Below are positions 19,386-29,746 of a DNA stretch of 64,000 nucleotides, piece after piece (position 1 is the stretch's first letter; every line of letters begins with the position of its first letter). Where the stretch lies: IMG/VR virus record IMGVR_UViG_3300021962_000047, positions 32,001-96,000 of that record; one strand, given 5' to 3'. The DNA comes from a virus. Under the pieces are notes generated by a model. That model saw nothing but the letters and a program-made list of their open reading frames with translations, searched no databases and had not been told where the DNA came from. The position numbers and the translations under genes are program-made.

Positions 19386-22174
19386 TCCTCATCATCTTCT
19401 TCAAACACAAACACATCTTTTACTGATTGGGCTAAACCACTCATAATCATTTGGTTTTTTTCCACATATTCACGGTCAACTAATTCAATTGTACCGTCTA
19501 AATACATATAGAATGGGTCAATACCAACACTTGACCAGAATTCAACTTCACCTTCAGAAAGAGTTAAAACTTCATCTAACGTATCTTGGTCACCTATTCT
19601 ACGAGGGAATCCACGTACTAATTGACATTGTGTTTTAGTAAAGAACGGTCTATCCTTTGGGTCCTCAATTAAAATTTCATCACGGATTTCAGGTGAAAAT
19701 ACAACCAACAAAGGTTCAATTCTTTTATTAAATGCAGCCATATATCGAGGAACATTGTATTCACCCAACAAATCAGGGTTATTTTCAATATCCTTTTCAT
19801 TAACCATATAACAGTTAATGATTACTTCAGTACCTTTTTTCTGTACGTCACCGTGTGATTTACGAGTACCGTTATTCACATAATAAACTGTATCGCCTAA
19901 ACCTGCGGGAATGTTATTTTGAAGAAGAAGTTCCATATGTGCTTGACGAGACATTAAAGAACCCGACTTTGTCTTTTTGGTGATATGTTGTTTGTAGTCC
20001 GAAATACTCTGTTTAACTCGAGCTTTGTTTGCAACCTTAGCAATTGGTATCTTTTGATTAAACACCTTATCAACATATTCATAATAGTATTCCAAGAACT
20101 CGTGACCCTTACCATCTAACAACATACGGAGACCTGAGTCCAAGAACTCGGCAACATAAGTTTGTAACTTTTTAGATTTAATACTGTTACCTGTTAGTTT
20201 TACTTTACCCTTATCGGTTAACAAAGCGTAATTCTTACGAGCTACGTTAATGGTAGCCGGCCATTGTCCGTCAGTATCCAATCCCATCTCATTTCTCATA
20301 AACAGGTCGTTATACTCGGCAACATCCGCTTCAGTACCCTCGTACTCCTTACCCTCAATAACCAATCCGTTAAGACCCTTACCGACATACTTGTAAGAAT
20401 ATCTACTTTCAGGTACCGCAAAGTTCACACCGTCCGTATCCATTACCAATGGTTGATATCCACGTTTCATAAACCACATAATCATCTGACGAAGATATTG
20501 TCGACCCGTACAGGTAATCTGTTCACCCATATCCATATCCCCCCACGGAAATACCTGTGGTGCGGATAACGAACCGAAGAATGCGTTAATGAAGATTTTG
20601 ATAGGTAATTGCTTACGAGCGTATTGTGATGACAACTTAGGGTCGGTTTTATAGTGTTTTTCCGCCAATTTCTTATAGTTAATACGAGTATCACGGAAAT
20701 ACTTCAGCATACTCTTCATCGCACCCGTTACGTCACATTTAGGGAATACGTCGTGTACCAACTGAATAGATGGGTATAGTGACGAGTAGTCAAGTTTCAA
20801 TACGTTTGTAGAGTAACCTACCGCCAACAAACGGGAAAGACCACCAGTAAAGTTTCGTTTTGGACCTTTCTGTGGAATAGCAAGGTTGTTCTTATAAGAC
20901 CAAGAGCTCATAATCATTTTCCACAATGTTGCAGTTCCCATTGTAGAAAGACGCTCGTATGTCGTAGGTACTAACTTCGCAAGAAGGAAGTTTGCTTGGT
21001 TGTATTCTTCATCAACAACCATAGTTTCGTAAATATCGTCATAAAGGTATCGTTCAATCAAATATGAACCGTTAACAATCTCATAGTGACCAGGAAATCT
21101 TTCCATTAGGTTTTCAGTACCTGGCGCACCAACCTCTTTGTATCCACCTGTCTTTGGGTTGAAGTAATAATCCTTATTATCAAAATAGATGGTACCAATC
21201 TTACCACCGTCAACATAAACTCGGTTTTCTTTTTCTGCACCAATAAACTTGGTAATATATTTAAGTCCCCAACTCTTAATGTCAGAGTTAATTGCTTGAG
21301 CTCTACGAACTGCGTGTGCAATATCCAATACGTTATAACCCCACATCAGAATCTGAGTGTATGGTTCCATTTCGTTTGCAAGTTTCAACATACCCTCTTT
21401 TTGACGAATGGGTTGTAGGGGGTTTAAGGTTTTTGCAACTTTTCTAATATCTAACCCTAATATCTTTGCTCGTTCAATAATAAACGGAAAGTCGAAGAAC
21501 GCTGAGTTATAACCACCAATAAGTGTTGGTTTTAATCTATTAATGGTATCGAAGAAGTCGACAATCATTTGTTTCTCTTCTTCACCATTAGCGGCAGACA
21601 ACACCTGTTCAAACCCTTTATTGTCTTTCATTCCGATAAGGAAGATGGAATCCGTTTTTGGGTTAAGTCCTGTGGTCTCGATGTCATATACAAATCGGTG
21701 GACCTCATCGTATTCTTCAAATCCCTTAAATAGTCGTTTTCCTCTCTGTACGAGGTATTGCTCGACAGGGGGGAGTACCATGATGTCATCGGTATTATCT
21801 CTTGACCAGGGGTCTAATCCACCGTTTCTGAAAAAGTTAATAAGGTTTTGATATGTCTTGGTTGTTTTAACCAAAAACTTTAAACCATTTTCCAATCTCT
21901 CATCACCCATTGTCTCAAGACGCTCGATGATGATACCATTTTCTGACATGGCAATCTTTTGGGCGTGTTTGTCGCCCTTATAAAAATTCTTTCCGTGAAG
22001 GTCTCCGACCCACGCGAAAGGAACAAAACTGTCAGTTTTAATTTGTTTACCCTGAATTGGGTCTTGAATAATTTTGTAGATTTTTGAGCTGAGGTAGTCG
22101 TATTCTAACGCTACAATGTATTTCTCGGGGTCTGTCCCGAGCAAAAACTCTTCGATTTCTTGTTGTGATACCAT
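19382..22174 (-). CDS. polB: Family B DNA polymerase
   Basis: ExoI YDIETTG, ExoII GGYNSAFFDFPFI, polymerase motifs LDYSSLYPS, KIFINAFFG, MDTDG and KNYA. Confidence 0.95.
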   Translation of the reverse strand: MVSQQEIEEFLLGTDPEKYIVALEYDYLSSKIYKIIQDPIQGKQIKTDSFVPFAWVGDLHGKNFYKGDKHAQKIAMSENGIIIERLETMGDERLENGLKFLVKTTKTYQNLINFFRNGGLDPWSRDNTDDIMVLPPVEQYLVQRGKRLFKGFEEYDEVHRFVYDIETTGLNPKTDSIFLIGMKDNKGFEQVLSAANGEEEKQMIVDFFDTINRLKPTLIGGYNSAFFDFPFIIERAKILGLDIRKVAKTLNPLQPIRQKEGMLKLANEMEPYTQILMWGYNVLDIAHAVRRAQAINSDIKSWGLKYITKFIGAEKENRVYVDGGKIGTIYFDNKDYYFNPKTGGYKEVGAPGTENLMERFPGHYEIVNGSYLIERYLYDDIYETMVVDEEYNQANFLLAKLVPTTYERLSTMGTATLWKMIMSSWSYKNNLAIPQKGPKRNFTGGLSRLLAVGYSTNVLKLDYSSLYPSIQLVHDVFPKCDVTGAMKSMLKYFRDTRINYKKLAEKHYKTDPKLSSQYARKQLPIKIFINAFFGSLSAPQVFPWGDMDMGEQITCTGRQYLRQMIMWFMKRGYQPLVMDTDGVNFAVPESRYSYKYVGKGLNGLVIEGKEYEGTEADVAEYNDLFMRNEMGLDTDGQWPATINVARKNYALLTDKGKVKLTGNSIKSKKLQTYVAEFLDSGLRMLLDGKGHEFLEYYYEYVDKVFNQKIPIAKVANKARVKQSISDYKQHITKKTKSGSLMSRQAHMELLLQNNIPAGLGDTVYYVNNGTRKSHGDVQKKGTEVIINCYMVNEKDIENNPDLLGEYNVPRYMAAFNKRIEPLLVVFSPEIRDEILIEDPKDRPFFTKTQCQLVRGFPRRIGDQDTLDEVLTLSEGEVEFWSSVGIDPFYMYLDGTIELVDREYVEKNQMIMSGLAQSVKDVFVFEEDDED

Positions 22175-22235
22175 AATACTTTTTTTTGAGACATTATTCT
22201 CTCACCAATGGTGAGATTACTCTTGTACTATGATA

Positions 22236-22264
22236 AGTATAATAAACTATTTGTTATTCGTCAA
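22236..22264 (-). promoter_or_regulatory. Host-type (early/middle) promoter of the DNA polymerase gene
   Basis: Minus strand reads TTGACG-N17-TATACT (equivalently TTTG-N20-TATACTTA). Confidence 0.55.
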
Positions 22265-22614
22265 ATGATATTGATGTATAGTGTTTCCCTGATTGGGGCA
22301 ATTAGTTCACCCATTGAATTGATAACCGAAAACTCTCCGATATATCTACCTTTTTTCTTTGTATCTCTACCCGTCCACTTATAATATATGTAATATTCAA
22401 CGGGAGAATCAATGTTTGTGTCTGTTTTTGACACAATATATGCATTATTCATAAGAATTTTTGGAATACCAGTCGCTTCGTCTTTCATGGAAAAACGAAT
22501 GGTAGCATTGTCTAAGTCCTCATCAAATAACCTCCATGCATTGGTTCTACCATCACGGACCACTTGCATTTTAAGGATTGGAAGCTCACTATTTTGTTTA
22601 ATAAAGAATTCCAT
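22261..22614 (-). CDS. BppU N-terminal-like baseplate/fibre adaptor
   Basis: FFIKQNSELPIL...IRFSM...IYYKW...DT...GRYIGEF; paralogous to the N-terminus of 26503..29733. Confidence 0.6.
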   Translation of the reverse strand: MEFFIKQNSELPILKMQVVRDGRTNAWRLFDEDLDNATIRFSMKDEATGIPKILMNNAYIVSKTDTNIDSPVEYYIYYKWTGRDTKKKGRYIGEFSVINSMGELIAPIRETLYINII

Positions 22615-22654
22615 AAATTCTGTTTCCTAATAAATAGTTTCTTAATCTAATTTA

Positions 22655-25600
22655 TTAAGAACAGTTAGAGTAGAACGTAATATTGTTAGGTGAACAACTT
22701 GTCAAAGTATATTGACTATAGTTAGTTGCTGGAGGGTCTCCAGGGTTAGATGGTGATTGTGCATAAATGTAGTTACCTTGGACATCTGCTGCGATTTCAC
22801 TATAGAAAATCGTTAATGAACACGGTGCAGGTGGGTCAACCGCACCGATTTCAACACGAACCACATCACCAACACATGCGGATATTGTAGTTGTAGTATT
22901 CGAACCACAAGGAACACCAGTTCCAAACGAATAAACCTGAACTCCATTAACTTTAATAACTCCAAGAGTTTTAATACAACAAGTAGAACCAACAATACAG
23001 CCTTGTTTAATATGTTGAACATTTATTGTACAACATTGAGTTGTTTGAGTTGGTGTAACAGTTCTGGTTGGTGTTGGAGTCCTTGTTGGAGTTCTCGTAA
23101 CTGTTTGAGTTGCAGTTTTAGTTGGCGTAGGAGTTGCAGTTCTCGTAGGTGTTGCAGTTCTCGTAGGTGTTGGAGTCGGTGTTGGTGTTGTAATAACACT
23201 CGTACATGGGTAAGATTCGGTACATGTAGCACAATCATCATAAGTAATACCACCAAATCCACCTGTAAATACAGACCAAGTTATTGGTACATCAAGTATT
23301 TTATTTAATGTGTAACAATTATTTGAAATTCCTCCTTGTTCTGAAACATACACAATTAGACCATTATTATTACTCACATACTCACAAATACTAGTATCTT
23401 GACTACCAAAGTAATATATTTCAAATTCACCTTCGGAACAACAATTGTCCGATAAACTAAAGTAACAATACTCAGGACTTGTTGGAGTCGGAGTTAATGT
23501 TGGTGTTTGAGTTGGTGTAGGTGTTGGTGTCGGACACGGAGCTACATCATTACAAGCTGAACAATCGACATATAATGTAGTCACTTTATACTCTGCGGGT
23601 TCTGGCGTTCCCACTAAGTCATAAATTGTGTAACAAATTCCGTCAATTATAACAACATACCCTTGTAATTCACTTCCATATGCCGTTGGAACATCAACAA
23701 ATTTCACAATTTCAGTTCTTCCATCACAACATTCAATCATTGTTAATTCCCATGTAGTGTATGCAACCGTTTCGGTTGGGGTATTAGTAGGTGTATTTGT
23801 TGCGGTTAATGTAGGTGTAGCTGTTGCGGTCAACGTAGGTGTTGATGTCAACGTAGGTGTGTTTGTCGATGTTAATGTTGGAGTTGAAGTCCTTGTTGGT
23901 GTATTTGTAGCTGTTAATGTTGGAGTATTTGTCGCGGTCAACGTAGGTGTTGCCGTTGCGGTTAGTGTTGGAGTCGAAGTCCTTGTTGGAGTATTTGTGG
24001 CAGTTAACGTAGGAGTTGAAGTCCTTGTTGGTGTATTTGTTGCAGTCAACGTAGGAGTTGAAGTCCTTGTTGGGGTATTTGTTGCGGTTAATGTTGGAGT
24101 ATTTGTCGCGGTTAAAGTTGGAGTATTTGTTGCGGTTAAAGTAGGAGTTGAAGTTCTTGTCGGAGTATTTGTTGCGGTTAAAGTAGGTGTTGAAGTTCTT
24201 GTCGGAGTATTTGTCGCGGTTAAAGTAGGTGTTGATGTTAATGTTGGAGTATTTGTTGCAGTCAACGTAGGTGTTGATGTTAATGTTTGGGTTGGTGTAG
24301 GAGTAACTGTTCTTGTTGCCGTTAACGTAGGAGTGTTTGTCGCTGTTAGTGTAGGTGTTGATGTTAATGTTTGAGTCGGTGTAGGAGTAACTGTTCTCGT
24401 TGCAGTTAATGTAGGTGTACTGGTTGATGTAAGTGTTTGTGTTGATGTAACTGTTTGAGTTTGTGTTGGAGTAACCGTTCTCGTTGCGGTTAATGTTGGA
24501 GTACTAGTTGAAGTCAACGTAGGTGTTGAAGTCAATGTAGGTGTGCTGGTAGATGTTTGTGTTGGAGTACTTGTTAAAGTCGGTGTGTTAGTTGCAGTTA
24601 ATGTTGGAGTAGATGTTAGTGTCTGAGTATTAGTAGGTGTAACCGTTCTGGTTGATGTTAATGTCGGTGTGTTAGTTGGTGTTTGAGTTGGCTGTGCAGT
24701 CAATGTAGGTGTCGCAGTTGAAGTCAATGTAGGTGTTGAAGTCAACGTAGGTGTACTTGTTGAAGTTAAAGTTGGAGTATTAGTTGCGGTTAATGTGGGA
24801 GTATTTGTTGATGTTAAAGTAGGTGTAGATGTTAATGTTTGAGTTAAAGTTGGCGTTTGTGTTGGAGTAGATGTAACTGTTTGTGTCGGTGTCGGAGTTG
24901 GACATGTAAATGTAGTACCCGCAACTGCATCACCATCTACATCAGTTACAATATTGATTTGTGTTGGGTCACTTATTCTTTGAATATATAGGCTTGGACC
25001 TCCGTATAATGAAATTAATTCACTATAAATGTAAGGTGTTAGATTACCATCTGAATATAATGTTTCACCTTCAATTACAGGGTGGTCATTATCATAAATT
25101 ACAATAGTTGATGGTGTACCATAACATAAATCATTTAAACTATTTGATATATAATAGTTTTCAGCATTTTGAATTTGAGTTGGTGTTGGTGTAGATGTTT
25201 GAGTGCTCGTAGGGGTTGGAGTATTTGTAGAACTCAATGTCGGAGTAGAAGTTAATGATTGAGTCGGTGTTGGTGTAACTGTTCTTGTTGAGGTTAATGT
25301 AGGAGTATTAGTTGCGGTTAAAGTAGGTGTACTAGTTAAAGTAGGTGTTGAGGTCGAAGTTAAAGTAGGTGTGTTAGTTGATGTTAATGTTGGCGTATTA
25401 GTTGAAGTTAATGTTGGCGTTTGACTCTGAGTTTGTGTATTAGTTGGAGTAACAGTTCTTGTTGATGTCAAAGTAGGTGTTGACGTACTTGTCAATGTTG
25501 GAGTACTGGTCGTTGTTGGCGTTGAAGTGCTCGTCTGAGTTGGAGTATTAGTAAGTGTTTGAGTTGGAGTTGCAGTTAATGTTTTAGTGGCTGTTACTGT

Positions 25601-26440
25601 TTGAGTATTTGTTGGTGTTAAAGTTAAAGTACTTGTTAAAGTAGGTGTTGAAGTACTTGTTAGTGTTGGCGTTTGAGTTAAAGTAGGAGTTGAAGTACTT
25701 GTTAATGTTGGAGTACTTGTTAATGTAGGTGTTGAAGTACTTGTTAGAGTTGGCGTTTGAGTTAAAGTAGGTGTTGACGTACTTGTCAATGTCGGAGTAC
25801 TTGTTAGAGTTGGTGTTGACGTACTTGTCAATGTTGGAGTACTCGTTAAGGTTTGAGTATTCGTTGGGGTTAAAGTGGGTGTTTGAGTTAAAGTAGGTGT
25901 TGAAGTACTTGTTAAAGTAGGAGTTGAAGTTAATGTAGGTGTAGATGTACTAGTTAAAGTTGGTGTGCTTGTTAATGTCGGTGTTGAAGTGCTTGTTAAT
26001 GTTGGTGTAGATGTACTTGTTTGAGTCGGAGTATTAGTCGGAGTATTAGTAGATGTTAATGTCGGTGTCGAAGTGCTTGTTAAAGTTGGTGTTGCGGTAC
26101 TCGTTTGTGTTGGAGTGTTTGACAAAGTCGGAGTACTCGTCAATGTAGGAGTTGACGTACTAGTTTGAGTAGGAGTATTTGTGAGTGTTTGAGTTAATGT
26201 TGGGGTGCTAGTTAATGTTGCAGTTAAAGTTGGTGTTGGTGGAATAATATGAATATATGTTTTATCATAATAAGGAACATAAATTTCATAAGTACCTGTA
26301 AAATGAGGCGCAATATAATTAAAAGGCATTGTAAGCGTACCTAAATCAGATGGGTCACCACCTTCATCAGACAAATACGTAACCTGAACTGTAAAACCAC
26401 TTAGGTTTTCACTTAAAAATCTAATACCTTCTCCCGCCAT
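22655..26440 (-). CDS. Thr/Pro-rich mucin-like putative virion protein with Cys-rich modules
   Basis: 1261 aa, mostly [14 protein letters not shown] and TATNTPT(L/R) repeats. Preceded by the TATTTAT motif. No signal peptide is apparent. Confidence 0.75.
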   Translation of the reverse strand: MAGEGIRFLSENLSGFTVQVTYLSDEGGDPSDLGTLTMPFNYIAPHFTGTYEIYVPYYDKTYIHIIPPTPTLTATLTSTPTLTQTLTNTPTQTSTSTPTLTSTPTLSNTPTQTSTATPTLTSTSTPTLTSTNTPTNTPTQTSTSTPTLTSTSTPTLTSTPTLTSTSTPTLTSTPTLTSTSTPTLTQTPTLTPTNTQTLTSTPTLTSTSTPTLTSTPTLTSTSTPTLTQTPTLTSTSTPTLTSTPTLTSTSTPTLTQTPTLTSTSTPTLTSTLTLTPTNTQTVTATKTLTATPTQTLTNTPTQTSTSTPTTTSTPTLTSTSTPTLTSTRTVTPTNTQTQSQTPTLTSTNTPTLTSTNTPTLTSTSTPTLTSTPTLTATNTPTLTSTRTVTPTPTQSLTSTPTLSSTNTPTPTSTQTSTPTPTQIQNAENYYISNSLNDLCYGTPSTIVIYDNDHPVIEGETLYSDGNLTPYIYSELISLYGGPSLYIQRISDPTQINIVTDVDGDAVAGTTFTCPTPTPTQTVTSTPTQTPTLTQTLTSTPTLTSTNTPTLTATNTPTLTSTSTPTLTSTPTLTSTATPTLTAQPTQTPTNTPTLTSTRTVTPTNTQTLTSTPTLTATNTPTLTSTPTQTSTSTPTLTSTPTLTSTSTPTLTATRTVTPTQTQTVTSTQTLTSTSTPTLTATRTVTPTPTQTLTSTPTLTATNTPTLTATRTVTPTPTQTLTSTPTLTATNTPTLTSTPTLTATNTPTRTSTPTLTATNTPTRTSTPTLTATNTPTLTATNTPTLTATNTPTRTSTPTLTATNTPTRTSTPTLTATNTPTRTSTPTLTATATPTLTATNTPTLTATNTPTRTSTPTLTSTNTPTLTSTPTLTATATPTLTATNTPTNTPTETVAYTTWELTMIECCDGRTEIVKFVDVPTAYGSELQGYVVIIDGICYTIYDLVGTPEPAEYKVTTLYVDCSACNDVAPCPTPTPTPTQTPTLTPTPTSPEYCYFSLSDNCCSEGEFEIYYFGSQDTSICEYVSNNNGLIVYVSEQGGISNNCYTLNKILDVPITWSVFTGGFGGITYDDCATCTESYPCTSVITTPTPTPTPTRTATPTRTATPTPTKTATQTVTRTPTRTPTPTRTVTPTQTTQCCTINVQHIKQGCIVGSTCCIKTLGVIKVNGVQVYSFGTGVPCGSNTTTTISACVGDVVRVEIGAVDPPAPCSLTIFYSEIAADVQGNYIYAQSPSNPGDPPATNYSQYTLTSCSPNNITFYSNCS
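23760..26240 (-). repeat. Degenerate 18/24-bp coding tandem repeats (Thr/Pro)
   Basis: Units such as gttaatgttggagtactt and gttaaagtaggtgttgaagtactt with heavy synonymous variation, interrupted by a globular module at about 24900-25175. Confidence 0.85.
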
Positions 26441-26502
26441 TTTTTATTTTATAATAAATATTACCTAATCTTATAATCCCATTTTATTTTTTAGTAATTT
26501 CT

Positions 26503-29500
26503 TTATATACAATAGAACCATTTATTATTTAAGTAGTTGTGTGTTACAGATAATTCTGAAGGTGTCAATACTCTATTCCACAATAATACCTCATATATAA
26601 ATCCACCGTAGTAATATCTGAATGATGATGTCCCTGTTCTATCAACACCAATATATAGTGTATCTATGGATGCATTTGTTGATGTACCAACATTTGATAA
26701 GAATGTTAATGATTCCTGAACTCCGTCAATATAGAATTTAAGCTTGTCAGCATTTGTAGATTGTGTACCATCAAATACCATAGTCCACATATGTGGGTTT
26801 AAATCGGCGATTTGGGATGTCTGAGCTAAACCATTTGCAGCTCCTACAACAAATGTACCACCACTTAATCTTAAGTTAGAATTGTTAGTGGATACGTTAC
26901 CGATACCAGATGTGATAAATTGTTGTGTGGTACCAGTATTTACCAATTTACCTAAAACAATTGCAGTAAACCCTGTGATAGCCGCAATAGATGTTAATGG
27001 GTTAACACTCAAGCCATCAGATGTCCCATCAAATTTAACAGCACTTAATCCACACTGTACATTGGTCCACCACGCAGGTCTGGTTGTGGCACCTCCGATT
27101 GGGTTGGCATTATGTGCACTTGCAGATGAGTCATACCATTGAGTAAAGGTATCACCACTCACAGGTGTTGGGTTAAAGTTAGTATCTAAACTTGCGTCAT
27201 AATAAATTTGTAGAGTTGGGTCTGACGGTACAACCGCCTGTGTTGCGGTTAATGTTAAAGTTGGTGTTGGTGTAAGTGTTTGAGTAATAGTAACCGTTTG
27301 TGTTAAAGTAGGTGTTGGAGTTGGAGTTAATCCGCCAAGTGTTTGTGTTGGTGGCAATGGTGTAGAAGTTATATCATTAGTCGGAGCCGGCGTAAATGTT
27401 AATGTTTGAGTTGGTGTTAAAGTTGGAGTTGAAGTACTTGTTAATGTCGGAGAACTTGTTAAAGTTGGGGTTGAAGTACTTGTTAATGTCGGAGAACTTG
27501 TTAAAGTTGGGGTTGAAGTACTTGTTAATGTTGGTGTAGGTGTCGGTGTAGTCACAATAAATGGACTAAAATCTACAATAACCGGACACTCACATTCTGA
27601 GGTATCCACACTAATCACACCAAATGATTGAACACATTCACCAGGTTGTAATACACCACTTAAATTAAATGTATGTACGTGGTCATTAAATGACATAGTT
27701 TCTGAACCATAGAACACAGTTCCCATATCACCACGAGCAACACCTGAAATAACATAATCACATAGAGCATTGGCATTACTTGTAAATCCACTATCGTTAT
27801 ATAACTTTATTGAGAAGTTAGAACATCCTCCTAATTCAACCTGAAGATATTGTGTAGTTACCGGACAACTTGGAGTATTAGTTAACGTTGGTGTATTTGT
27901 TAAGGTTGGTGTACTGGTTGAAGTTAAAGTAGGTGTTGAAGTTAAAGTAGGTGTTGACGTACTAGTTAAAGTCGGAGTAGAAGTTAAAGTAGGTGTTGAT
28001 GTGCTCGTTAGTGTTGGTGTCTGAGTTAAAGTAGGTGTTGAAGTACTTGTTAATGTAGGAGTGTTAGTTAATGTAGGTGTATTGGTTGATGTTAAAGTAG
28101 GTGTTGACGTACTAGTTAAAGTAGGTGTAGACGTACTTGTTAGTGTCGGCGTTTGAGTTAATGTCGGAGTATTTGTAGGTGTTGGTGTAGGAGTTGGACA
28201 AATTTGGTCCACACCACAAACCGATTCACCATCAACATTATTAACTATATTAATTGTTGAACCACCAACCTTCTTAATGTAGAACGGAGTTCCACCAGCA
28301 ATACTCTCTAAATCAACATACGGATATGGTGTTAATAAACTATCTTGATATAATGTTTCACCCTCAATAACGGGATGGTCATTATCATAAATTAAAATAG
28401 TTGGATTTTCTCCATAACATAACGAATCTAAACTATCTGAAATATAATAGAAATCAGCATTTTGTACTTCAGTCGGTGTAGGTGTTGATGTTAATGTTGG
28501 CGTGTTCGTTGCAGTCAACGTCGGAGTTTGGGTCAACGTAGGAGTTGAAGTACTTGTTAAGGTTGGTGTACTTGTAAGTGTTGGAGTATTAGTTGACGTT
28601 AATGTCGGAGTTTGAGTCAACGTTGGTGTCGAAGTACTTGTTAATGTCGGAGTTTGAGTCAGAGTCGGAGTTGAAGTACTTGTTAAAGTTGGGGTACTTG
28701 TTAATGTCGGTGTATTAGTTGAAGTTAAAGTCGGAGTACTTGTCAACGTAGGAGTTGATGTACTTGTCAATGTTGGAGTTTGTGTTAAAGTAGGTGTAGA
28801 AGTACTTGTCAACGTAGGAGTACTTGTCAGTGTTGGTGTGTTAGTTGAAGTTAATGTAGGAGTACTGGTTAGGGTTGGGGTATTAGTTGCGGTTAAAGTA
28901 GGGCTACTTGTTAGGGTAGGCGTGGGTGTACTTGTTAAGGTAGGACTCGGTGTAGGTGTTTGAGTTGGTATATTAAAGATATACCTGAAAGTATAAACAT
29001 AATTGTAAATTGTACTACCTGAATTAACGATACTAACATTACTAATACCACTGGTGTAATTCAATAAAGAATAATTTGTGGTTGCACTTAATTGAGTCCC
29101 ACCTGATAATGAACCCGCACCGAGTTCGATTGTAGGTTCAAACACCAATGACGAACCATTTTGTAATCCAAGAGTATTGTTAAAATTAATAACAACTGTA
29201 TTATCTACAGTTCCATCCATGGTTGCCGAATATGATGCAAATACAGAACCCGCGGTGTATGTTCCAACAATATCAATAGTTCTAGTATTGATTAATGTTG
29301 GAGTTGGTGTTGGCGTTCTTCTTGGAGTTTCTGTTGGTCTAACAAAAGGAGTTACACCTTTATTTGGTCTACAACACGTATCACTATCTGCGAACGATTC
29401 AATTATATTAACATATAATACATTCCTAACAGGAACAATATATTCACCTCTTTCATTAACAATTTTAAATTCACCAATGTATCTACCAACTTTAGATGAT

Positions 29501-29733
29501 GTTTTTTTGTTGAATTGATAATAAACAGAATAACCTGAACCATCTTCATTGATAGTTACACCCGCAGGAACATTAGCTAATCTATAAATTCCTGTATCAA
29601 CATCTTTAAGTGAGAATGTAACTGTAGACGCTGACAAATATTGGTCGAGCTGATGATACCCATTTCTCGATTCATTTATTACCTCAACCATCAATTTAGG
29701 TAATGTACTATTCTGTCTTATAAAAAACTCCAT
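26503..29733 (-). CDS. Fibre-like protein: BppU-like N-terminus, Thr/Pro repeats and LamG/concanavalin-like C-terminus
   Basis: N-terminus MEFFIRQNSTLP; TSTPTL tracts; C-terminal YYDAS...QWYDSS...VKFDG...FYIDG...GFIYEVLLWNRVLT, a LamG-like pattern. Confidence 0.75.
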   Translation of the reverse strand: MEFFIRQNSTLPKLMVEVINESRNGYHQLDQYLSASTVTFSLKDVDTGIYRLANVPAGVTINEDGSGYSVYYQFNKKTSSKVGRYIGEFKIVNERGEYIVPVRNVLYVNIIESFADSDTCCRPNKGVTPFVRPTETPRRTPTPTPTLINTRTIDIVGTYTAGSVFASYSATMDGTVDNTVVINFNNTLGLQNGSSLVFEPTIELGAGSLSGGTQLSATTNYSLLNYTSGISNVSIVNSGSTIYNYVYTFRYIFNIPTQTPTPSPTLTSTPTPTLTSSPTLTATNTPTLTSTPTLTSTNTPTLTSTPTLTSTSTPTLTQTPTLTSTSTPTLTSTPTLTSTNTPTLTSTPTLTSTSTPTLTQTPTLTSTSTPTLTQTPTLTSTNTPTLTSTPTLTSTSTPTLTQTPTLTATNTPTLTSTPTPTEVQNADFYYISDSLDSLCYGENPTILIYDNDHPVIEGETLYQDSLLTPYPYVDLESIAGGTPFYIKKVGGSTINIVNNVDGESVCGVDQICPTPTPTPTNTPTLTQTPTLTSTSTPTLTSTSTPTLTSTNTPTLTNTPTLTSTSTPTLTQTPTLTSTSTPTLTSTPTLTSTSTPTLTSTPTLTSTSTPTLTNTPTLTNTPSCPVTTQYLQVELGGCSNFSIKLYNDSGFTSNANALCDYVISGVARGDMGTVFYGSETMSFNDHVHTFNLSGVLQPGECVQSFGVISVDTSECECPVIVDFSPFIVTTPTPTPTLTSTSTPTLTSSPTLTSTSTPTLTSSPTLTSTSTPTLTPTQTLTFTPAPTNDITSTPLPPTQTLGGLTPTPTPTLTQTVTITQTLTPTPTLTLTATQAVVPSDPTLQIYYDASLDTNFNPTPVSGDTFTQWYDSSASAHNANPIGGATTRPAWWTNVQCGLSAVKFDGTSDGLSVNPLTSIAAITGFTAIVLGKLVNTGTTQQFITSGIGNVSTNNSNLRLSGGTFVVGAANGLAQTSQIADLNPHMWTMVFDGTQSTNADKLKFYIDGVQESLTFLSNVGTSTNASIDTLYIGVDRTGTSSFRYYYGGFIYEVLLWNRVLTPSELSVTHNYLNNKWFYCI
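27240..28970 (-). repeat. Thr/Pro coding repeat tracts
   Basis: Same repeat units as 23760-26240, in three tracts separated by globular modules. Confidence 0.8.
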
Positions 29734-29746
29734 CTACTTACTATAA

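Noticed and set aside
19382-22174. Intein or intron in the DNA polymerase
   Set aside because: The ORF is continuous at 930 aa with normally spaced motifs and no intein or homing-endonuclease signatures.
23757-24374. 205-aa Val/Gly-rich ORF on the plus strand
   Set aside because: It is the antisense mirror of the Thr/Pro repeats, with no independent evidence of coding.
23760-28970. Tandem repeats as a CRISPR array or diversity-generating retroelement
   Set aside because: The repeats are in-frame, degenerate at third codon positions and lack unique spacers. No cas or reverse transcriptase gene is present.
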